Source: Planctomycetota bacterium
GTDB lineage: Bacteria > Planctomycetota > B15-G4 > JADJEK01
Length of the DNA: 64,000 nt
Assembly (NCBI GenBank): GCA_044225365.1
Contig: JBGAIQ010000001.1
Span: forward strand, 224,001-288,000
Reading direction: 5' to 3'
Of the stretch, positions 24,113 through 33,728 are shown piece after piece. Below the pieces are notes generated by a model. The model ran no database searches and was not told the origin of the DNA. It worked only from the letters and a program-made list of their open reading frames with translations. The translations under genes and the position numbers were made by a program. Position 1 is the stretch's first letter. Every line of letters starts with the position of its first letter.

Positions 24113-24339
24113 ATCCCGTGCTCGACAGCCTTTTTCTCCCCGTGATCCTCGCTTGGATGCCCGCCGGCGGCGAGTGGATCGTCATCGCCGGCATCGCTCT
24201 GCTCCTGTTCGGCAATCGCTTGCCAGGCGTGGCTCGATCGCTCGGTCGCGGGATCAATGAATTCAAGCGAGGCTTGAAGGACGAGCCGAAGGACGACGCC
24301 GACGACGAGCCCAAGCCGCCCGCCAAGACCGACGGCTGA
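24109..24339 (+). CDS. tatA: Twin-arginine translocase TatA/E subunit
   Basis: EWIVIAGIALLLFGNRLPGVARSLGRGINEFKRGL. Confidence 0.93.
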   Translation: MNPVLDSLFLPVILAWMPAGGEWIVIAGIALLLFGNRLPGVARSLGRGINEFKRGLKDEPKDDADDEPKPPAKTDG

Positions 24340-24503
24340 TCGCGCGGCAAAAACCAGACGTTCGGGGGCGCGGAAATGCGCTCCCACGGTTAGAGTAGAC
24401 CGCCGCACGTCGAACGCTGCCGAAGTCCCGCCCACCAAGTCGGCGGGACGGCGTGTCGAGCGACGTTCGGAGTGTGACAGGCAATCGTGTGGAGAATCAC
24501 GGC

Positions 24504-25481
24504 GTGGTGGAGTTAGCGGACTGTTTCGTTCCGGTCGCCGGTGAACTGGATACGCTCGACGGACATCTCGGCGCTGAGCTTGCCACGCACTCCGCGCCCC
24601 TGCGTGAACTCGTCCGCCATATCTCGCGCTACTCCGGCAAGCGGCTGCGCCCGGCGCTCGTGTACCTCGCCGCGAAGGCCTGCGGTTGCGCCGTACGCTC
24701 CGAACATCACAAGATCGCAGCAATCGTCGAATTGATCCACATGGCGACCCTGATCCACGACGACATCCTCGATGTCGCCGAGGTGCGCCGCCGCGTTCCG
24801 ACGGTGAACGCCCTCCACGGAAATCATGTCGCGGTATTGCTCGGTGATTTCGTATACGCCCATGCCTTCGCCATGTCGGTGGAACTCCCCACGCCCGACG
24901 CCTCGAAGGTACTCGCGCGCGTGACGAAGATCGTGTGCCAGGGTGAGATCGAACAGATCTTCGATCGGTTCGATTTCGACCTCACGGAGGAGCAGTACCT
25001 CCACATCATCGAGGCGAAGACGGCGGAACTCTACAAGGCCTCCGCCGAACTCGGCGCGAGCTACGGCGGCGCCGACCGTCGGCAGATCCAGGCGCTCGCC
25101 GAATTCGGACGCTGCATTGGCATCGCCTTCCAGGTCATCGACGACTGTCTCGATCTCATCGGTGATGAAGCGGTCGTGGGCAAGTCGCTCGGCACCGACC
25201 TCGAGGGCGGGAAGATGACCTTGCCGCTGATCCGGCTGCGAGATCGCTGCGGTGATGTCGAGCGAAAACGGCTTCAGGCCATCATCCTGGAAGAAGGCGT
25301 TCCGGATCGCCGGCAGCGCCTCGCCGACGAGTTCGACCTCGGTCCGTCGCTCGACGACTCGTTCCGTCGAGCCGACGATTTCATTCGCGACGCGCTCGCC
25401 CAGCTCGAAGTACTGCCCGCTACTCCGGCGCGCGAAGCTTTGCGGTCGGTCGCCGAGTTCGTCGTCTGCCGCAAGCGCTGA
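24504..25481 (+). CDS. Polyprenyl diphosphate synthase (IspB-like)
   Basis: GKRLRP, ELIHMATLIHDDILD..RR, FQVIDDCLD, GK..GTDL..GK.TLP. Start chosen from GGAG at 24491. Confidence 0.92.
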   Translation: MVELADCFVPVAGELDTLDGHLGAELATHSAPLRELVRHISRYSGKRLRPALVYLAAKACGCAVRSEHHKIAAIVELIHMATLIHDDILDVAEVRRRVPTVNALHGNHVAVLLGDFVYAHAFAMSVELPTPDASKVLARVTKIVCQGEIEQIFDRFDFDLTEEQYLHIIEAKTAELYKASAELGASYGGADRRQIQALAEFGRCIGIAFQVIDDCLDLIGDEAVVGKSLGTDLEGGKMTLPLIRLRDRCGDVERKRLQAIILEEGVPDRRQRLADEFDLGPSLDDSFRRADDFIRDALAQLEVLPATPAREALRSVAEFVVCRKR

Positions 25482-25500
25482 GGCTTCGCGGAGACCGCTC

Positions 25501-26442
25501 TCATTCGGGGGCGAGGGGATCCGGTTCGTAGTTGCCGAGTTCGGCGCGGTGCTGCAGCCGTGCCGCGGTCACCGCGTTCGACAGGAGCGTCATCACCGTC
25601 ACCGGTCCGACTCCGCCCGGGACCGGCGTGATCGCGCCCGCGACGAGCTCAGCGCTGGGATAGTCGACATCCCCCGTGACCTTCGTCCGTGGTCGGCCCT
25701 GGTCGTCGCGCACGGGCATACCGGTCGCGTCGAGCAACGGCACTTGATTGATACCGATGTCGATGACGTAGGCACCTTCGCGCAGCATTTCGCCGCGCAA
25801 GAGTCCCGCCTTGCCCACCGCGACGAAGACGATCTCCGCCTTCTTGGTGTGCGCGGCGAGATCCTGGGTGTCGACGTGACAGATCGTGACGGTCGCCGCG
25901 AGGTTCAGCATGAGGAAGGCGATCGGTTTTCCAACGATATCGCTGTGACCGATCACGACCGTCTCGCGCCCCTTCGGCGAGAGACCGGTCGAGAGCAGTA
26001 CCTTCACCGCCGCGAGCGCGGTGCAGGGCACCAGTTTTGGCTCGTTGATGACGATGAATCCCATATTCGCCGGGTTGAGGCCCTCGACGTCCTTGTCGGG
26101 ATGGATCTTGTTCTGCACTCGCCGGGCATGGAAATGCGATGGCAGCGGTCGCTGCAGGATGATGCCCGTGACGCTCGGATCCTCGCTCTTGCTGCGAACG
26201 AAGGCGATGAGCTCGTCCTCGGTGATCGAGCCCGGCAGGTGGAGGTGTTCGAAGAGGATTCCAATCTCGAGCGCGGCTCGCTGCTGGTTGCGGATGTACA
26301 GCGCGGCGGCCGGGTTGTCTCCGACTTCGATCGAGACGAGTCGGATCGGCGGGATTCGCGCCGCGAGCGCAGCGACTTCTTCCCGCAATCGCTCCTTCAT
26401 CCGTGTCGCGATCGGCTTGCCCTCGATGCGTCGCGCCGTCAT
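25501..26442 (-). CDS. folD: FolD-family methylenetetrahydrofolate dehydrogenase (atypical active-site residues)
   Basis: KDVEG, PCTA, IVGKP, IDIGIN, GDVD, ITPVPGGVGPVTV. Confidence 0.93.
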   Translation of the reverse strand: MTARRIEGKPIATRMKERLREEVAALAARIPPIRLVSIEVGDNPAAALYIRNQQRAALEIGILFEHLHLPGSITEDELIAFVRSKSEDPSVTGIILQRPLPSHFHARRVQNKIHPDKDVEGLNPANMGFIVINEPKLVPCTALAAVKVLLSTGLSPKGRETVVIGHSDIVGKPIAFLMLNLAATVTICHVDTQDLAAHTKKAEIVFVAVGKAGLLRGEMLREGAYVIDIGINQVPLLDATGMPVRDDQGRPRTKVTGDVDYPSAELVAGAITPVPGGVGPVTVMTLLSNAVTAARLQHRAELGNYEPDPLAPE

Positions 26443-26691
26443 GCGGTACCGCCGTCACGGCGAAGGAGTGAGACCCGAGTCGGATTCATGGGAGTGCGAG
26501 GATAGCGATCGGGGAGGCCGATGGCACCGCGCACTCGCGTTCGTCCCAGGAGTCGGGCGCGGCCGGTGGCCGTTGCCGCGCTTGTTGGGCCTCGCGGGTT
26601 GCACTATCATCGCAGAGCTTCGCGCACGAATGGTCGGTCGGCGGACCCACGGTGAGTTTCGCCTCAGCGATCCGGTGCGAAGGGTGAGTCG

Positions 26692-27504
26692 ATGAACCGC
26701 CCGAACTGGTACTCCGACGAACGACCGAGCGGCCGTTTCCAGATTCCGCCGCCGACCCTCTGGAGCGGCACGCAGCAGCTGCTCGCCGTGCTCGTGCTCG
26801 TGTACCTGTTGCAGCTCACGCTCTCGGTTGGAGAGTACTTGCAGCTCGACGTGGCCAAGTTGACGAACCCGTTGCAGTGGTATCGGCTCCTGACCTACTC
26901 GCTGTGCCACGCCGAGCGGTCTCCATCGCATCTCTTCTTCAACGCTCTGACGATCTGGTTCTTCGGGAATCCGGTCGAGAGCGAACTCGGGTCCCGGCGC
27001 TCGTACTTCACGTTCTGCGGGCTGGCGTCGCTCGTCTCCGCATTGACCTGGCTCGCCGTCGAGTTGGTGCGGGGTGGAGCCACTCCGTTCCTCGTCGGCG
27101 CATCGGGAATCGGCTTCGCGATGATCGTGGCCTTCGCCGCCTTCGATCCTCAACGGCAAGTGGTCCTCATCATCCTGCCCTTGCGGGCGTGGGTCCTCGC
27201 CCTCATCGTGATGCTGTTCGCGGTTTTCGGCGCCCTCGACTCCCACGACAACGTTGCGCATGCGGCGCACCTGGGAGGTGGCGTATTCGGATATCTCGCC
27301 GTGCGCTATCGCGGGCGATTCCAGGACCTGGTGGATGACTTCGAGCGCAAACGAGCGACGGCCGCGCGCGAACACGAGATCGAGACCCGGCGCGAAGTCG
27401 ATCGAATCCTCGACAAGATCAACGAAACGGGAATCAACAGCCTCACGAAGGCGGAGCGTCGTTTCCTCGAGACCGCGAGCCGAGAGCTGCAGAAGAGACG
27501 CTGA
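26692..27504 (+). CDS. Rhomboid intramembrane serine protease with C-terminal DUF6576-like tail
   Basis: HLFFN, GASG, HAAHLGG; tail EVDRILDKINETGINSLTKAERRFL. Confidence 0.92.
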   Translation: MNRPNWYSDERPSGRFQIPPPTLWSGTQQLLAVLVLVYLLQLTLSVGEYLQLDVAKLTNPLQWYRLLTYSLCHAERSPSHLFFNALTIWFFGNPVESELGSRRSYFTFCGLASLVSALTWLAVELVRGGATPFLVGASGIGFAMIVAFAAFDPQRQVVLIILPLRAWVLALIVMLFAVFGALDSHDNVAHAAHLGGGVFGYLAVRYRGRFQDLVDDFERKRATAAREHEIETRREVDRILDKINETGINSLTKAERRFLETASRELQKRR

Positions 27505-27608
27505 TCACGGGCCAAGCGGCGCGAACGCCGACGAGCGGAGGTCGGCTCATTGCTCCTCGTGACCGTGGGCATTCGGTACGCTATCCGGTGTTGGAAGCCC
27601 CGCCCCGA

Positions 27609-27636
27609 TTGACTGCCGCGGCACTGGCGTTACGAT
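27609..27636 (+). promoter_or_regulatory. sigma70-type promoter
   Basis: TTGACT, 16-nt spacer, TACGAT upstream of the 27688 ORF. Confidence 0.45.
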
Positions 27637-27687
27637 CCGCTATGCCGTTCGAATTCTTGACTTCCGATCGAAGACGGAACCAATTCC

Positions 27688-29766
27688 ATGAAGCTGATGC
27701 ACCGTGCATTCACGCTCTGCTGGTCGTTGAGTGTCGTGTTGCTCGTCACTTCGTTCGGGACCGAGGCCCGAGCTCAGAACTTGACGGAGCAGCAGAAGAA
27801 GGCGATGGCCGAGCTCAAGGAGCAGGACGACCTCGCCGACAAGCGCGGAATCGAGAAGGTGGTCAGCAAGAACGCGACCGTCTTCCGGGAGATCTTCGAC
27901 GTCTACGACGGGTGGTTGTCCGGCAACGACGACGCGGACACTTGGAAGACCGCGAACCATATCGCGGAGCTGCTCGACCAGAACTCCGGCACGAACGAGT
28001 TCACCAAGAAACTCGAGTGCATCAAGAACCTCTCGCTCGAGCAGCGCGAACAGCGCATCAGCTCGTGGCAGGAGTTCAACACGATCCGCAATGAGCTGAC
28101 CACGGCGTGGAAGAACCGTGAGAAGGACAAGGTCAACGAGCTGATCCCCAAGATGCAAGCGCTCGCGGACACCTTCCAGAAGCTCAATGATCAGCTCCTG
28201 CGTGGCTACGCACTCTGCGAAGTGGCGAAGATCCTGAACGAGGACAATCAGAAGCCTGAAGCGCAGAAGATGTACAACTCGATCCTCGAAGGACTGAAGA
28301 GCGTCGGCTACGACAAGCTTCGCTTTCAGGCCGACTGCCAGCGCGAGATCGACAAGATCGCGAGCGCGACGAGCAGCGGCGGCGGCGGATCGGTCGATGG
28401 GGGCGTCGACGGCTCCACGATGTGGTCGGCCGATGCGGCAGGTCAGAAATGGTCGGATCCGATCCCGCTCAAGTACACGGCGAACGAGAAGCTGCCGTGG
28501 AGCAAGATCACGACCCCGTCGTTCTGCAACTCCGAGGACACGCTCCAGTGGATCCAGTTCGGACTGAACGGCAATGCCGGTGACTTCGATCGCCTGAAGC
28601 CTCTCGGGCGTCAGATGAAGCTGAAGCGCGAGGGCAACAAGACTCTGCTCGACGACGGCAGCGGCAAGTTCCGCGAGGTCAAAGTCACCTCGAAACCCAA
28701 TCTCGTCGAGGTCGAGAAGGAGTTCCAGGATCCGTGGACGAAGGAGAACGTGAAGCAGAAGTACGCGTTCCTGCTCGGCACGGGTTCGGAGTCCGAAGGC
28801 TTCTTCGGCATCCAGATCAACCAGGCGCCGACGAAGGAATTCCAGGCGATGCGCATCGCCCCGGCCTGCTTCCTCAAGGGCACGGTTCTCGGGCAGGAGG
28901 TCCGGATCATCGACGACAACGTCACCGGGAAGTTCGGTGATGGCGGCGACCTCCAGGTCCCGGGATATACGCAGAGCGTGACCTTCCCGTTCCTCGACGC
29001 CATGTGCGTCGGTAGTTCGAACCTCGCGCAGCCGTTCTCCGAGTACATCGAGGCGGGCGGGGACTTCTATCGCTTGAAGATGTCGAGCGACGACGAGGCC
29101 TACTCGGTGAAGACGCGCAAGCTTGCCGTCGACACGGGAACCGTGGTCCTCGAATTCAAGAACAAGCTGAAGCCCGAAGCGCTCATCATCATGGCGACCG
29201 ACAAGTTCAAGGGCGCCTACTTCAACATCGCGAGCGGCAAGCCGGTTCGCGTCCCCTGCGACCGCTACAAGGTCTGCTACGGCATCCTGCGCGCCGGCAA
29301 GAAGGAGTCGATGCAGAGCTGTCTCATCGTCGCGAGCGCGGAGATGACGTCGCTCGAGGTGAAGAAGGATCAGGAGACGAAGTTCGAGCTCGGCGCTCCG
29401 TTCCACTACGTCTTCGAGGCCGCCGAAGTCGGCAATGGCGACGTCAAGATCGTCGGGAAATCGGTTGCGGTGAAGGGTCGCGGCAAGGAACTGTACGTGC
29501 GGTATTGGGACAGTCCGCCGATCCCGGAAGCGGTCCAGATCTTCCGTGACGGCAAGTCGGTCGGCAAGCCGCTGCCCATGAAGCGGCTCACCTTCGAGGA
29601 CTTCAAGAAGGCGAACAACGAAGTCGCGGCGATGATGTTCCCGCTCGACCTGACCCTGCCAGGAAACGGCTCCGCGAACGGGAAGCTCGGCGTCTCGATG
29701 AAGCTGAAGAAGCCTCAGCTCCTCGACGGTCCGATCGAGACCGGCGCCGACGACAAGCACGATTGA
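27688..29766 (+). CDS. Large hypothetical exported protein (692 aa)
   Basis: Signal peptide ending ARA|Q; Lys/Glu-rich helical N-domain, Gly/Ser linker, beta-rich C-region; strong coding bias. Confidence 0.85.
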   Translation: MKLMHRAFTLCWSLSVVLLVTSFGTEARAQNLTEQQKKAMAELKEQDDLADKRGIEKVVSKNATVFREIFDVYDGWLSGNDDADTWKTANHIAELLDQNSGTNEFTKKLECIKNLSLEQREQRISSWQEFNTIRNELTTAWKNREKDKVNELIPKMQALADTFQKLNDQLLRGYALCEVAKILNEDNQKPEAQKMYNSILEGLKSVGYDKLRFQADCQREIDKIASATSSGGGGSVDGGVDGSTMWSADAAGQKWSDPIPLKYTANEKLPWSKITTPSFCNSEDTLQWIQFGLNGNAGDFDRLKPLGRQMKLKREGNKTLLDDGSGKFREVKVTSKPNLVEVEKEFQDPWTKENVKQKYAFLLGTGSESEGFFGIQINQAPTKEFQAMRIAPACFLKGTVLGQEVRIIDDNVTGKFGDGGDLQVPGYTQSVTFPFLDAMCVGSSNLAQPFSEYIEAGGDFYRLKMSSDDEAYSVKTRKLAVDTGTVVLEFKNKLKPEALIIMATDKFKGAYFNIASGKPVRVPCDRYKVCYGILRAGKKESMQSCLIVASAEMTSLEVKKDQETKFELGAPFHYVFEAAEVGNGDVKIVGKSVAVKGRGKELYVRYWDSPPIPEAVQIFRDGKSVGKPLPMKRLTFEDFKKANNEVAAMMFPLDLTLPGNGSANGKLGVSMKLKKPQLLDGPIETGADDKHD

Positions 29767-29832
29767 TCCGACTCGGCGGCGAACGCAGGTTCGCCGTTCC
29801 GTTCCACCCCTCGTCTACAGCGAATCTTCAGC

Positions 29833-31104
29833 ATGCTCGATCTTCGATTCATTCGCGAGAACGCCGACGCGATCCGCGCCGGCGCCAAGAAGAAGCGTAT
29901 TCAAGTCGATCTCGATCGGCTTCTCGAGATCGACGCGGAGCAACGCACTGCGAGCTCGCGCGCCGACGAGATCCGCGCGAGCTTGAATTCGCGGGGCAAG
30001 GAGATCGCGAAGCTCCCGCCCGAGGAGCGCAGTCGCGCGGGCGCGGAACTCACGGCGTTGAAGGACGAGTTGAAGGTTCTCGAAGAGAAGCTGAAGGTCC
30101 TGGCCCCGGCGGTTCGGGAGCTGCAGCTTCGCGTTCCGAACATTCCTGCGGACGACGTGCCGGAGGGAAAGGACGACACGGAGAACGTCGAACGGCGAAA
30201 GGTCGGCGATCTACCCAAGTTCGACTTCGAACCCCTGGATCACGTCGAGATCGGCAAGCGACTCGGTCTCCTCGACATCGAACGCGGAGTGAAGGTCGCT
30301 GGTACTCGGAACTACTTCCTGACGGGGGACGGCGCGCTCCTCGAGCGCGCGATCCTGAACTTCGCTCTCGAGATGATGGTGAAGCGCGGGTACCGAATGC
30401 TCTCCGTGCCCGTGCTCGTGAAGTACGGCGCAATGGAGGGGACCGGCTACTTCCCGGGCGGTGAGGAGCAGGCCTACTCGATCGAGAAGGACGAGATGTT
30501 CCTCGTCGGTACGGCCGAAGTGCCGGTGACGTCGTTCCACTCGGACGAGATCCTCGAGGAGAGCGAACTTCCACGGAAGTACGTCGCGTGGTCGTACTGC
30601 TTCCGACGTGAAGCGGGTGCCGCGGGCAAGGACACGCGCGGGATCTATCGCATCCATCAGTTCCAGAAGGTCGAGCAGGTGGTGATCGGTCCTGCCGATC
30701 CCGAGTCTTCGAAGCGATATCACGCTGAGATCCTGCAGAATTCGGAGGACCTGCTGCAGGCGCTCGAATTGCCGTATCGAATCGTCGACGTCTGCGGCGG
30801 GGATCTCGGACTGTCGCAGGTCAAGAAGTACGATATCGAGACCTGGATGCCGTCGCGCAAGAGCTACAGCGAGACGCATTCGGCGTCGAGCTTCCACGAC
30901 TTCCAGGCACGCCGCCTGAAGCTCCGCTATCGCGATGCGAACAAGCAGACGAAGATCTGCTACACGCTCAACAACACCGTCGTGGCGTCCCCGCGCATCC
31001 TCATTCCGCTTCTCGAATGCCATCAGCGGAAGGACGGATCGGTGTACATCCCGAAGGCCCTGCGGCCGTACTTCATGGATCGGGCCGAGATTCGCCCGAT
31101 CTGA
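29833..31104 (+). CDS. serS: Serine--tRNA ligase
   Basis: MLDLRFIREN, GTAEVP, CFRREAG, RIHQFQKVE, YTLNNT. Confidence 0.98.
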   Translation: MLDLRFIRENADAIRAGAKKKRIQVDLDRLLEIDAEQRTASSRADEIRASLNSRGKEIAKLPPEERSRAGAELTALKDELKVLEEKLKVLAPAVRELQLRVPNIPADDVPEGKDDTENVERRKVGDLPKFDFEPLDHVEIGKRLGLLDIERGVKVAGTRNYFLTGDGALLERAILNFALEMMVKRGYRMLSVPVLVKYGAMEGTGYFPGGEEQAYSIEKDEMFLVGTAEVPVTSFHSDEILEESELPRKYVAWSYCFRREAGAAGKDTRGIYRIHQFQKVEQVVIGPADPESSKRYHAEILQNSEDLLQALELPYRIVDVCGGDLGLSQVKKYDIETWMPSRKSYSETHSASSFHDFQARRLKLRYRDANKQTKICYTLNNTVVASPRILIPLLECHQRKDGSVYIPKALRPYFMDRAEIRPI

Positions 31105-31140
31105 TCTCGTGACGGCGGAGTGATTCGCCGCGCTCGAACG

Positions 31141-32118
31141 CTACTTCTTCGCGCCGCCGCCGCCCGAACCGACCCCGGTCGAGTGGCCACCCGTAGCCGT
31201 TCCGCCGGTACCGATGTTCGGCTTGCCGCCGCCGCCCTTGCCGCCGGTTCCGCCCTTGCCGCCGCCGCCCTTGCCGCCACCGCCCTTGCCGCCGCCGCCA
31301 GGACCGCCGAGTCCTCCAGAGGTATCGAGTGGGGCGGTCGGTGTTGCCGAGCGCACGGCCATTGCCGCAGCGTATTCGTCACCGAACGTGATGAAACGAC
31401 GACATGTGAAACGGCGGTGGATGAGTTCGTCCTGCGTGAACGTCGTGCTGCGATCTCGCGGCTCCACTTCGTAGTCGAGCGTGATCTCTACGGCGGCGGG
31501 CATGCTCGGATGGTCTTCCAGGTTCCACTTCTCTTCTTCCTTCGCGTCCTTGCCGCGCTGGTCGAAGTAGCGGATCTTGAAGCCGAGGACCTTGCGATAG
31601 AGCGGGATTCCCTCGCCGCCCTCGAGGGGTTCGTCGTCGACGAAGTAGTCCTCGCGTCGCCAGAGCGTCATGAAGTCGGCGTTGTTCTCGCCGTTCGCTC
31701 CGTTCTGCGACTGCGTCACCACGTAGCCGATCTCGTTGACGTCCGAGAACACGAGTTTGTCGTGCTCCTCGATACGGGTGGTCGACGGCGTGTAGGACAC
31801 GAGATGGATCTTGTCGGCGTCGCGGCCGTTGATGCGCTGGTTCTTCCCGACGAACACCTTGTGGAAGTCGAGATTCGCGGCGTAGAGGTGACGGATGTCG
31901 CGCTCGATCTGATCGAGAATGAGTGGTCCGATGCGCGCTCCTTCGACCTTGAGCTCGACCTGACGCTTGCCGTTGAGAGTGCCGAACAACACCCCGTAGA
32001 TCGCGGCCATGATGCCGCCCATGATCGAGATCACGATGAGGATCTCGATCATCGTGAAGGCGCGGCTCTTCCAGCCGCGGGTCGAGGGTCGGGTGGTCGG
32101 CTTCATCGGTGAACTCAT
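31141..32118 (-). CDS. Minor pseudopilin, GspJ-like, with Gly/Lys-rich C-terminal tail
   Basis: RA|FTMIEILIV; last gene of the gsp cluster; MPAAVEITL motif. Confidence 0.75.
   Translation of the reverse strand: MSSPMKPTTRPSTRGWKSRAFTMIEILIVISIMGGIMAAIYGVLFGTLNGKRQVELKVEGARIGPLILDQIERDIRHLYAANLDFHKVFVGKNQRINGRDADKIHLVSYTPSTTRIEEHDKLVFSDVNEIGYVVTQSQNGANGENNADFMTLWRREDYFVDDEPLEGGEGIPLYRKVLGFKIRYFDQRGKDAKEEEKWNLEDHPSMPAAVEITLDYEVEPRDRSTTFTQDELIHRRFTCRRFITFGDEYAAAMAVRSATPTAPLDTSGGLGGPGGGGKGGGGKGGGGKGGTGGKGGGGKPNIGTGGTATGGHSTGVGSGGGGAKK
31222..31299 (-). repeat. Five tandem 15-18 bp units encoding GGGGK
   Basis: CTTGCCGCCGCCGCC-type units at 31222, 31237, 31255, 31270 and 31285. Confidence 0.85.
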
Positions 32119-32690
32119 TTCTTCGCGCGATCGCTGCCGAACGGCGAGTTCATCTTCTTGTTGTGCTCTTCGATCGCTTCGGGGAGTGCGGGAAGGATGG
32201 TCTCGATGACGAGCTGGTTCGGCTCCTTCGCGTCCTCTCGCAGATTCGGGTACTTCAGGGTGAGCTTGACCTTGCGGACCGGATCGACGAGTTCTTGCAG
32301 CTCGTCATTCTTGCCGCCCTGGGCGTCCGAAGGCTTGAAGCGCGAGCTCGAATCGTCGTCGCCCGCGCGCTTCGCCTGCTTGTCCTTCTCGCGCTTCTCG
32401 GCTTCCGGATCGCCCTCGCCCGTAACGAGATCGACTTCCTCGATGTCGAGCTGATACGTGAAGCCCGGCTGTCCGTCGATCTGTCCACCGCGGCTGTCGA
32501 GGTCGTGGAACTCGAGTTCGGTCAACAGATCTCGGGCGATGGTGCGCGCCAGGTTGTCGTTCCGCGCGGCGATGTACTGATTCACCGACTGTTCGCGGAT
32601 GGCGAGCATCGGCACGATGAGCGCCATGACCGCGAGGGTCAGCATGATCTCGAGGAGCGTGAAACCGGATTGGCGAGGATCAGAACGCAC
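32115..32690 (-). CDS. Minor pseudopilin, GspI-like
   Basis: SG|FTLLEIMLTLAVMA; position after the H-like gene. Confidence 0.72.
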   Translation of the reverse strand: MRSDPRQSGFTLLEIMLTLAVMALIVPMLAIREQSVNQYIAARNDNLARTIARDLLTELEFHDLDSRGGQIDGQPGFTYQLDIEEVDLVTGEGDPEAEKREKDKQAKRAGDDDSSSRFKPSDAQGGKNDELQELVDPVRKVKLTLKYPNLREDAKEPNQLVIETILPALPEAIEEHNKKMNSPFGSDRAKK

Positions 32691-33255
32691 TGGGCTGCAA
32701 GACCTCCGGCTCGAAGTACTTGTCGACGAGATCGATGAACCCGAGTAGCGGGCTGATCACCAATGTGGAGCCGCGATCGTGCGGATCGACGTCGACGTAG
32801 CCAAGGTGGACGATGTGGTCCGAAGCGATTCCGCGCGGTTCGAACGTCACCGTCACGGTGCCATCCTTGATCACGTCGCGGACGAGGAAGATGTCCTTGA
32901 ACTCGACGGTATCGCGGAGGCTGATCCAGTCGTGCAACTCGAACTCGCCAGGACCGACGATCGACTTGCCGTCGTCGGAGAGCTCGAACGGCACGAAGTA
33001 GCGATACTGGTCGTGATCGAGGTCGTAGACGAAGGTGACGGGCTTGCCGGATACGATCGCGTAGTTTCGGGCTTGATCGAGATGACTCGCGAGTTCGCGG
33101 GCGTCGGCTTTCAACCGCTGGCCGGGAACGAGCGAGTCGAGCTTCATGAAGACGAGACCGAAGAGGAGCCCGATCAACGCGATGACGATCAGGAGCTCGG
33201 CGAGTGTGAACCCGCGCGAAACTCGATCGTCAGGGTGGGATCGGGTCGGACGCAT
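32680..33255 (-). CDS. Minor pseudopilin, GspH-like
   Basis: RG|FTLAELLIVIALIG; ARNYAIVSG; VTFEPRG; TGATG coupling to gspG. Confidence 0.75.
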   Translation of the reverse strand: MRPTRSHPDDRVSRGFTLAELLIVIALIGLLFGLVFMKLDSLVPGQRLKADARELASHLDQARNYAIVSGKPVTFVYDLDHDQYRYFVPFELSDDGKSIVGPGEFELHDWISLRDTVEFKDIFLVRDVIKDGTVTVTFEPRGIASDHIVHLGYVDVDPHDRGSTLVISPLLGFIDLVDKYFEPEVLQPSAF

Positions 33256-33680
33256 CACTTCTTCGTCTGGTTCATCGTCTTCGAGCTGATGTCCTCGTCC
33301 GCACCCTCGCCGTTCGGTGCACCATCGGCGCCGTAGCAGAGGATCTCGAACTTCGAGCCGTCGCGCTTGTAGTCGTAGGGATTGCCCCAGGGGTCGACGG
33401 GGACGGTCTCCTGCTGGAGGTAGGCTTCGTTGTTGTGCTTCGGATCCGGTTGGATCAGGACGTCGAGGGAGTCGGGGAGCTTGTTGTTCTCGAGCTTGTA
33501 CATCCCGACGGCTTCGGAAATCGTCTTGATGTCCGTCATCGCCGTCTTCTGCTTCGCGCGATCGAGGATCGGCCAGACGTTCTTCTGCACGACCACGGCG
33601 AGGATGCCGAGGATCATGATCACGACCATGAGTTCCATGAGGGAGAAGCCGCGAGCATTGCGGAGAGAGCGAGTCTTCAT
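33255..33680 (-). CDS. gspG: Major pseudopilin GspG
   Basis: RG|FSLMELMVVIMILG; VDPWGNPYDY; YGADGAPNGEGADEDI; GGAGG RBS. Confidence 0.92.
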   Translation of the reverse strand: MKTRSLRNARGFSLMELMVVIMILGILAVVVQKNVWPILDRAKQKTAMTDIKTISEAVGMYKLENNKLPDSLDVLIQPDPKHNNEAYLQQETVPVDPWGNPYDYKRDGSKFEILCYGADGAPNGEGADEDISSKTMNQTKK

Positions 33681-33728
33681 GTCAGCCTCCGAGCGGAAAC
33701 CTGTGCGGATATTGTAACCCACCGCGCC

